Numbered from the stretch's first letter, positions 30,110 to 35,524 are shown. The stretch is 42,750 nt of DNA from an uncultured Candidatus Saccharibacteria bacterium (GCA_964558315.1 CAZLCL010000004.1:7221-49970); one strand, 5' to 3'. The notes: generated by a model not told the origin, from the sequence alone. Numbers and translations: made by a program.

Positions 30110-30275
30110 ACTTTCACAAATCAGCAGCCAGCATATTTTTATTTTTATTATTTTTGGTATAATATTTTAGTAAAGATGCCTCTCAGATAATCTGAGAGGT
30201 TTTATTTTTGTTTTTAATAGAATAAGTTGCCTTATGCCCCTCCGCTGTTGGACCTGGCTGCTGATTTGTGAAAGT
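30110..30275. mobile_element. MITE-like non-autonomous element: 166 bp bounded by perfect 22-bp terminal inverted repeats, TTTT on both flanks
   Basis: ACTTTCACAAATCAGCAGCCAG at 30110-30131 is the exact reverse complement of 30254-30275 (checked base by base). TTTT lies at 30106-30109 and at 30276-30279. No ORF lies inside. Confidence 0.5.
30178..30216 (+). terminator. Intrinsic-terminator-like hairpin inside the MITE-like element, antisense to the dcw operon
   Basis: CCTCTCAGA-TAA-TCTGAGAGG (9-bp stem) is followed by TTTTATTTTTGTTTTT on the plus strand. It is preceded by an extended -10 (TGGTATAAT, 30155-30163). Confidence 0.5.
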
Positions 30276-30285
30276 TTTTAATGTT

Positions 30286-30717
30286 CTAAAATCCAATTTG
30301 GTCTAAATTTTCCGCTACCTCTTCTGAATTGTTTTCCATTTCAGTTTTAAACTTTTGCCACTCTTCATCCGGCCATATTTCTATACGATTATATACTCCG
30401 TTTACAGATATTTTGCTTTTTATTTTGGCATACTGTAACAAATATTTAGGCAAAACTATGCGACCACTCTTATCCAATTCTGCTTCAACGGCTCCAGCCA
30501 ACATTAGTCTTGAAAAACTTCTCGCATTTTTTTGAGTAATTGGCAGATTAGAAATTTTCTCCGCTAATAATTGAAATTCATCTTTGGGATAAACCCACAA
30601 ACAATGATCTAGCCCTCTCGTTACAACACAACCATTAGATAACTGATTTCTAAATTTTGAGGGCATAGATATACGATTTTTGTCATCTACACTATGAGAG
30701 TATTCGCCAATAAACAT
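30286..30717 (-). CDS. mraZ: Transcriptional regulator MraZ
   Basis: Two SpoVT/AbrB-like halves carry the DxxxR motifs (DDKNRISMPSKFR and LDKSGRIVLPKYL). It is the first gene of the dcw cluster. Confidence 0.9.
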   Translation of the reverse strand: MFIGEYSHSVDDKNRISMPSKFRNQLSNGCVVTRGLDHCLWVYPKDEFQLLAEKISNLPITQKNARSFSRLMLAGAVEAELDKSGRIVLPKYLLQYAKIKSKISVNGVYNRIEIWPDEEWQKFKTEMENNSEEVAENLDQIGF

Positions 30718-30873
30718 ATTGATAAAAGTTAATAATTACAGCCGACCTATAAAATGCGACGATGTCGTAAACTCTTCCCTCATCTTTTTAAATATGCATT
30801 TTTATTTAAGTTGATGAATGTTAAATTCAACAACATTTAGAACATTTTTGTTTTTGGATAGATTAGTGGTATT

Positions 30874-30898
30874 CCACTTTATCCCACTTTTTACCACT
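30874..30898 (-). promoter_or_regulatory. MraZ operator: three AGTGG boxes phased at exactly 10 bp
   Basis: Plus-strand CCACT lies at 30874-30878, 30884-30888 and 30894-30898. The minus strand reads AGTGGTAAAA AGTGGGATAA AGTGGAATAC, about 160-180 nt upstream of the mraZ ATG. Confidence 0.65.
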
Positions 30899-31009
30899 AG
30901 CTTACATATTAGACCTGTATGGCTATTTGGTCAAAGCATAAATAATCCATTTTTGTGGATAAAGTTGTGGACAAATACTTGTATATAAATATTTCTAATA
31001 CAGCATTAA

Positions 31010-31063
31010 ATAAATAATAAAAAATAATCAGCCGATATATTAATTTTTTATTGGCTGATTATT
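31010..31063 (-). terminator. Terminator-like hairpin downstream of glyQS
   Basis: An 11-bp stem AATAATCAGCC/GGCTGATTATT (31023-31033 / 31053-31063) with a 19-nt loop, followed on the minus strand by a T-rich run. The large loop lowers confidence. Confidence 0.45.
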
Positions 31064-31081
31064 AATTAGTATATTCTAAGT

Positions 31082-32455
31082 CTATAATTTTTGAGTAATT
31101 AAGCTCGCAATTTCCTGAATCTTAACCCTTTGTTGCTTCAAAGTATCCCTGTCTCTAATTGTTACAGTATTATCATTGAGACTATCGAAATCAACTGTAA
31201 CGCAAAAAGGAGTCCCAATCTCATCTTGACGACGATAGCGTTTTCCGATATTGCCGTTATCATCAAATTCACAAACAAAAGACGTTTTGAGATCGTCAAA
31301 AATTTGTTTTGCCATATTAACAAGCTCGGGCTTATTCTTTAACAGCGGGAAAATTGCCGCCTTAACTGGGGCAATCTTTGGCGGGAATTTCATCACAACT
31401 CTTTTACCATCCCCAACAGTCTCTTCGCAATATGCACTATCTAAAGCAACTAAAATACTACGATCTAATCCAAAAGTCGGCTCCAAAACATGTGGTATAT
31501 ACTTCCGATTTGTTGCCTCATCAAAATACTCGAGCTTCTCTCCGCTTTTCTCAGAATGAACCTTCAAATCAAAATCACTACGATGAGCCAATCCGAATAA
31601 CTCCTTAAAGCCAAAAGGATATTGATATTCAATATCTACTGTTTTTTTGGAATAGTGGGAAAGTTTTTCTTTGGGATGTTCATATCTTCTCAAATTTTCT
31701 TTGACCGCTCCAATCTCAATGGCAAATTCCTCTTGTAAATCTAGCCACTCCGAAAAAATCTCTTGCCAATTACTGTCGGGAGAAATATAGTATTCTATCT
31801 CCATCTGCTCAAATTCTCGAAGTCTAAAAATAAAATTTCCGGCTACAATTTCGTTTCGGAAAGCTTTGCCGATTTGAGCCACTCCAAAAGGAATCTTTTG
31901 GCGTGTGGAGTCTAAAATATTTTTAAATTCAATAAAAATAGCACCGGCAGTTTCTGGCCGTAGATATGCCACTGCCTCATCCCCAACTCCGGTAGTATTC
32001 ATGTTAGTCTTAAACATCATGTTAAAATTTCTTACCTCACTCCAATTCCGTTTGCCACAATTTGGACAATTAACCTTGTCATCAAGCATTTTTTTCATTT
32101 GCTCTAATTTACCCTCTAAGTCCTGCCCAGTAGCATCTTCGACAATATTGTCAGCCCTGAACCTGCTTTTGCACTCCTTGCAATCCACCATAGCATCATT
32201 AAAACTGGTGGTATGGCCACTAGCCTCCCATAACCTTGGGTGAAGAATAATAGGGCCGTCAATCCCAACAATATCCGATCGGTTGTTTACAAATTTTTTC
32301 CACCACAAATCTTTAATATTCTTTTTTAACTCCGAGCCGTAAGGACCGTAGTTATATGAGTTAGCAAAACCGCCATATATCTCAGATGCACTATTTACGA
32401 AGCCTCTCCTCTTGCAGAGAGATACAATTTTTTCCATCCTGTCTTGATCAGCCAT
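31082..32455 (-). CDS. glyQS: Glycine--tRNA ligase (dimeric class II, GlyQS type)
   Basis: 457 aa. It starts with an N-terminal RRGF..SSEIYGG-like segment (RRGFVNSASEIYGGFANSYNYGPYG). Class II motifs follow (FRNEI, GLDR). An anticodon-binding C-domain closes the protein. Confidence 0.9.
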   Translation of the reverse strand: MADQDRMEKIVSLCKRRGFVNSASEIYGGFANSYNYGPYGSELKKNIKDLWWKKFVNNRSDIVGIDGPIILHPRLWEASGHTTSFNDAMVDCKECKSRFRADNIVEDATGQDLEGKLEQMKKMLDDKVNCPNCGKRNWSEVRNFNMMFKTNMNTTGVGDEAVAYLRPETAGAIFIEFKNILDSTRQKIPFGVAQIGKAFRNEIVAGNFIFRLREFEQMEIEYYISPDSNWQEIFSEWLDLQEEFAIEIGAVKENLRRYEHPKEKLSHYSKKTVDIEYQYPFGFKELFGLAHRSDFDLKVHSEKSGEKLEYFDEATNRKYIPHVLEPTFGLDRSILVALDSAYCEETVGDGKRVVMKFPPKIAPVKAAIFPLLKNKPELVNMAKQIFDDLKTSFVCEFDDNGNIGKRYRRQDEIGTPFCVTVDFDSLNDNTVTIRDRDTLKQQRVKIQEIASLITQKL

Positions 32456-32523
32456 ATTTTTCCTCTTTAATATTCTAGCCAGATTTTATCCTATTTTAAG
32501 CCAAACGTAAACAATGATGCTCA

Positions 32524-32544
32524 ACCAGCTAACGCAGGTGGTTT
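32524..32544 (-). repeat. 21-nt hairpin module, copy 2 (degenerate)
   Basis: Plus strand ACCAGCTAACGCAGGTGGTTT matches 19 of 21 nt with 32741-32761. Confidence 0.7.
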
Positions 32545-32623
32545 CTGGGTTCAACGGGCTAATGCCCTCTTTTGTCATCCTGAGTGAAACGAAGGATCTG
32601 TTTACCATTAACGCGGTGATGGG

Positions 32624-32656
32624 ATTCTTAACCCGCTGATTCAGCGGGTTAAGAAT
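32624..32656 (-). other. Perfect 14-bp stem-loop in the glyQS leader region
   Basis: ATTCTTAACCCGCT (32624-32637) pairs with AGCGGGTTAAGAAT (32643-32656) across a 5-nt loop. No U-run follows on either strand. Confidence 0.8.
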
Positions 32657-32740
32657 GACAGAGTATGGTAGAGAATGTATTTTTTCTTAAGTTATTGTAT
32701 ATGCATCTGATTGCATAATGCTAATGCTTTAAACGCATAC

Positions 32741-32761
32741 ACCTGCTTACGCAGGTGGTTT
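32741..32761 (-). repeat. 21-nt hairpin module, copy 1 (7-bp stem; GUAA tetraloop when read on the minus strand)
   Basis: Plus strand ACCTGCTTACGCAGGTGGTTT. The stem is CACCTGC/GCAGGTG at 32740-32757. The loop is TTAC on plus, which is GTAA (a GNRA loop) on minus. Confidence 0.7.
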
Positions 32762-32780
32762 ACCTTGTAGGTAAGGCGTT

Positions 32781-32808
32781 GGTGCCCCGATATTGTCATC
32801 GGGGCACC
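32781..32808 (-). other. Perfect 11-bp GC-rich stem-loop immediately 3' of the 53-codon ORF
   Basis: GGTGCCCCGAT (32781-32791) pairs with ATCGGGGCACC (32798-32808) across a 6-nt loop. There is no U-run, so it is not a canonical terminator. Confidence 0.8.
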
Positions 32809-32824
32809 ATGGCTCTATCAGGCA

Positions 32825-32986
32825 TCAGCGCAGACGTTTTTCGACTTTTGCCATGACATGATTGTAGTTGGCAAGAGCCCTTTGGCAGTAATTCTGCCGG
32901 CGTAATTGAGCAAGAGCTTGTTGCTCAGCCCTTTGCGCTCTTGCCGTTTTGCCACTATTGCGAAACGCTACCTGATGTTGAGTCAC
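32825..32986 (-). CDS. Candidate small basic protein (53 aa, GTG start), unknown function
   Basis: Hand translation gives VTQHQVAFRNSGKTARAQRAEQQALAQLRRQNYCQRALANYNHVMAKVEKRLR. A strong SD, AAGGGAGGAAG, sits 7 nt before the GTG. Codon choice is GC-rich and unlike neighbouring genes. It is below the ORF-track cutoff and could be a chance ORF in a structured RNA. Confidence 0.35.
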   Translation of the reverse strand: MTQHQVAFRNSGKTARAQRAEQQALAQLRRQNYCQRALANYNHVMAKVEKRLR

Positions 32987-33040
32987 GATTCTTCCTCCCT
33001 TGTATTCGTTCCGGGATGACGAAAAATCACCAACCCAGAC

Positions 33041-33076
33041 AAAAACAAAAAAGCCGCCGGTAGACTTGGCGGTTTT
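33041..33076 (-). terminator. Intrinsic terminator after the island-1 micro-ORF
   Basis: Minus strand reads AAAACCGCC-AAGTCTAC-CGGCGGC followed by TTTTTTGTTTTTG. The GC stem lies at 33053-33058 / 33068-33073. Confidence 0.7.
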
Positions 33077-33098
33077 AATGTTTAACTATATTTAAAGA

Positions 33099-33197
33099 TT
33101 ACACTAAAACCACCCGTTTACCCACGACCACAACACAAACTAGAGCACCTGATTGCTTTGATAAAAAAATCGCTCTATTTTGCATTATTTGTTTCAT
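33099..33197 (-). CDS. Candidate leaderless Val-rich micro-ORF (32 aa), possible leader peptide
   Basis: MKQIMQNRAIFLSKQSGALVCVVVVGKRVVLV. The ATG begins 8 nt after the -10 hexamer, with no SD. The last codons overlap a sequence complementary to the terminator 5' arm. Confidence 0.3.
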   Translation of the reverse strand: MKQIMQNRAIFLSKQSGALVCVVVVGKRVVLV

Positions 33198-33204
33198 TTT
33201 TATC

Positions 33205-33233
33205 ATATTACCAGCCTGATTTTTCCAGGTCAA
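33205..33233 (-). promoter_or_regulatory. Sigma70-like promoter of island 1 (TTGACC-17-TAATAT)
   Basis: On the minus strand, TTGACC lies at 33233-33228 and TAATAT at 33210-33205 with a 17-nt spacer. Confidence 0.55.
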
Positions 33234-33324
33234 CTATGATCCGAAAATATTCTTCTAATGATTGTGCGGCTATAACCAATTTTACAAAGAAAAGGCATAA
33301 TTATCTAACACCACTCATTTTTAA

Positions 33325-33364
33325 AACACAATAATTTGATACGATCGTTGCAATCTATTGTGTT
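33325..33364 (-). repeat. 40-nt hairpin repeat, copy A (overlaps the stop codon of the PaaX-like gene)
   Basis: AACACAATAATTTGATACGATCGTTGCAATCTATTGTGTT has a 9-bp stem AACACAATA/TATTGTGTT. The 22-nt loop contains the palindrome ACGATCGT. 34 of 40 nt are identical to copy B. On the minus strand it is followed by TTTTAAAAAT. Confidence 0.8.
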
Positions 33365-33879
33365 TTGAAAATTTTTTTGAGCTCATTCTCAATATCTGTT
33401 TTTTCTACAACAAAATAAGCTACAAATTTTTCAACCTCGTGCATTTTAATCACTAAAATTTCATCATCAGCTTTATTATAAGGGCAAGCCCACAAACTCT
33501 TCTGAACTTGGCGGAAACCAATCTGTTTAATTGATCGTCTAAATCGGTCTCTTCTTTTTCTGAACTCCTCGGGAATATCGAAGGACAATATCCGCCACCT
33601 ACCGTCCGAAGATTTATCTTTAGAATTCTCTAAGCATTTAATATTTCCCTTATCCGTTAGAACAATCGAGTTATTATTGATTTTAATATAACCACTTTTT
33701 TCTAAATATTTAATTCTTTCGCTAAACCTGGTTATTCTGAAACCTTTTAGCTCAATCTGTTCACATAATTTATTTGGAGTTAAAAAAGCGTGACCAACTA
33801 CAAAAGGAAAATTTACAATAACTTCCAGTATTGTTAAACTGATATCTCTAAGAATAATTTTTGTCTTTGGATTTTTCAT
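33355..33879 (-). CDS. PaaX-family-like regulator (N-terminal winged HTH + C-terminal PaaX_C / Cas2-like fold domain)
   Basis: DGRWRILSFDIPEEFRKRRDRFRRSIKQIGFRQVQKSLWACPY matches the PaaX C-terminal pattern W.G.W.lv.fdiPe..r..Rd.lrr.L...GF..l..s.W..P. The N-terminal part has an HTH-like RFSERIKYLEKSGYI. Confidence 0.7.
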   Translation of the reverse strand: MKNPKTKIILRDISLTILEVIVNFPFVVGHAFLTPNKLCEQIELKGFRITRFSERIKYLEKSGYIKINNNSIVLTDKGNIKCLENSKDKSSDGRWRILSFDIPEEFRKRRDRFRRSIKQIGFRQVQKSLWACPYNKADDEILVIKMHEVEKFVAYFVVEKTDIENELKKIFKTQ

Positions 33880-33911
33880 TTACCTCAAAAAGTCAAAATT
33901 CTTAATAATCA

Positions 33912-33951
33912 AACCCAATGTTTTGATACGATCGTTGCATATTATTGTGTT
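33912..33951 (-). repeat. 40-nt hairpin repeat, copy B (between recO stop and the PaaX-like gene start)
   Basis: AACCCAATGTTTTGATACGATCGTTGCATATTATTGTGTT has the same 18-nt loop core TTTGATACGATCGTTGCA as copy A. The stem has one mismatch. Confidence 0.8.
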
Positions 33952-33958
33952 AGGTTTG

Positions 33959-34690
33959 CTAACTGATCAGTTGTTTTTTGCTAACAAGTTCTCTCTCGAG
34001 AGCATTTTCTAAGTATTTTTCGGTAATCGTCTTTGCTAATTTAACATGATCGCTAGGACATTTTATTTTCTGACAAACATTAAGTTCATCATTTTGTAAA
34101 AGACGAAGTAACTTTATAAAGCTGTTGCTTATTAATGATTTTGAAAAAACCCCTTGTGCGCATAGAGAACAAAGTATCAGCCCATCGTTTTCCGACAAAT
34201 AATTGTCATCCGGTTTAAGCTTTTTTTTACATTTAAAACAGTGATAAAAATCAGGCTTAAAACCCGCTTGGTCCAAAATCTTCAGCTCATAGGACAACAA
34301 TATTAAACGGTTTTTATCTTCCGAAATTATCTTTAATGTTTTTATGAATAGTTCGAAAGCATCAATATTTTTCTCTTCCTCTTCAAAAATCTTGTCAATA
34401 ATCTCCGCCACATAGACTGCTTGCATTGACAATTTTCGATCTCGATCGAAGCTGTGGTTTTCGATAATTCTGGCACCTGTTACGATATAGAATGTTTTGC
34501 CTTGATGCATTTCCAGCTCAAGTAAATTGTATGGCTCTAGGCTCCCTGCCATTCTGGAGGATATTTTACGCACACCCTTGGCGATTGCTTTAATTTTTCC
34601 CAAGCGATCAGTAAAAATAGTCAGAATTTTATCTGCCTCATTAAAGTTCAAACGCTTTATTACCACGCCTCTTGTTTTGATTCTGCGCAT
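33959..34690 (-). CDS. recO: DNA repair protein RecO
   Basis: N-terminal OB-fold segment (GVVIKRLNFNEADKILTIFTDRLGKIKAIAKGVRK) and a central Cys4 zinc motif (CFKC...CSLC). Confidence 0.85.
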   Translation of the reverse strand: MRRIKTRGVVIKRLNFNEADKILTIFTDRLGKIKAIAKGVRKISSRMAGSLEPYNLLELEMHQGKTFYIVTGARIIENHSFDRDRKLSMQAVYVAEIIDKIFEEEEKNIDAFELFIKTLKIISEDKNRLILLSYELKILDQAGFKPDFYHCFKCKKKLKPDDNYLSENDGLILCSLCAQGVFSKSLISNSFIKLLRLLQNDELNVCQKIKCPSDHVKLAKTITEKYLENALERELVSKKQLIS

Positions 34691-34762
34691 ATTAATATGT
34701 GAAATGAAATAATGATATTCCTTTTACAACAATAACAGGTATTTTCACATAATATTACATTG

Positions 34763-35512
34763 TTAGCTACGGGAAGACAAAATGCTCTCCGCCTCTTTTA
34801 GCTGTTCGGGATTATTCACGCCTAACACTTCTTCCTCGCTCGACACCTTAACCGCGATTATCTTTTTGCCTTGATCTTTGGCAATTTTTATTAGATCTGT
34901 TAGATAATATTCTTTTTGGGCATTGTTTGTGGAAAGCTTATCAAAGTTTTGCCACAACCATTCTGCATCAAAAATATAAAACCCGGGGTTTGATTCCGAA
35001 ATCTGCTTTTGTTCCTCAGTGCAATCCTTTTGTTCAACAATTTCGGAAACATAGCCATCTTCATCGCGCAAGATCCGGCCGAATGCCCAGAAATTTGGAT
35101 CGGCAAAATCAACCGATAGCATAGCAATAGTCGGTTGTTCATTTTGATACTCTTGAATCAGATTTTTGATTGTTTCAGGCTTAAACAAGGGCATGTCACC
35201 GTAACACACCACAACAGCCTCAACTTGACCTATTAGGCTCTCTCTGGCCATCATTGCAGCATGACCGGTGCCTAACTGTTCCTCTTGAACTGCATAATCA
35301 ATAGAATCAGCAAAGTATTCCCTAACTAACTCTTGTTTATAGCCGACAACAGCAACTATTCGCTCGATTCCAGAGTCTTGCACATTTTTGATAGCGTAAT
35401 AAAGCAAGGGTTTGCCATTTGCCTCAAACATCACTTTTGGTATGGGGGAAGCAGAGCCTTCGTTCATTCTTGTGCCCTTACCGGCGGCTAATATAACTGC
35501 GGCAAAATTCAT
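34763..35512 (-). CDS. GlmU-like nucleotidyltransferase domain protein (UDP-GlcNAc pyrophosphorylase half)
   Basis: AVILAAGKGTRM, PKVMF, QEEQLGTGHAA, YGDMPL, EQKDCTEEQ, NPGFY and EYYLTDL follow the N-terminal domain of GlmU motif by motif. No LbH domain is attached. Confidence 0.8.
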   Translation of the reverse strand: MNFAAVILAAGKGTRMNEGSASPIPKVMFEANGKPLLYYAIKNVQDSGIERIVAVVGYKQELVREYFADSIDYAVQEEQLGTGHAAMMARESLIGQVEAVVVCYGDMPLFKPETIKNLIQEYQNEQPTIAMLSVDFADPNFWAFGRILRDEDGYVSEIVEQKDCTEEQKQISESNPGFYIFDAEWLWQNFDKLSTNNAQKEYYLTDLIKIAKDQGKKIIAVKVSSEEEVLGVNNPEQLKEAESILSSRS

Positions 35513-35524
35513 TTTGTTCTCCTC

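Noticed and set aside
32456-32810. T-box riboswitch upstream of glyQS
   Set aside because: I looked for the conserved T-box sequence (GGUGGNACCGCG), a specifier loop with GGC, and a terminal terminator with a U-run on the minus strand. Only a loose CACCGCG...TGGTAA was seen and no terminator precedes the ATG. This needs cmsearch to be definitive.
32961-32980. Hammerhead-like CGAAAC ... CTGATG on the plus strand
   Set aside because: The two boxes are only 5 nt apart with no room for the required helices, and the region is better explained as the start of the minus-strand 53-codon ORF.
33099-33197. Type I toxin interpretation of the micro-ORFs (also 36650-36709)
   Set aside because: The hydrophobic cores are only about 9-10 residues (GALVCVVVVG; LIIGVILIC), too short for a membrane-spanning toxin helix. 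I found no convincing antisense promoter on the plus strand.
33211-33228. Sigma54 (-24 GG / -12 GC) promoter in the CTGG...CTGG block
   Set aside because: The GG-to-GC spacing is one nt short in island 1 and two nt short in island 2 relative to TGGCAC-N5-TTGC. Good sigma70 hexamers explain the region better.
33325-33951. CRISPR array next to a Cas2-like-fold gene
   Set aside because: There are only two repeat copies, 587 bp apart, with a whole gene between them. They are hairpins at gene 3' ends, and there are no other cas genes. The protein is PaaX-like, not Cas2.
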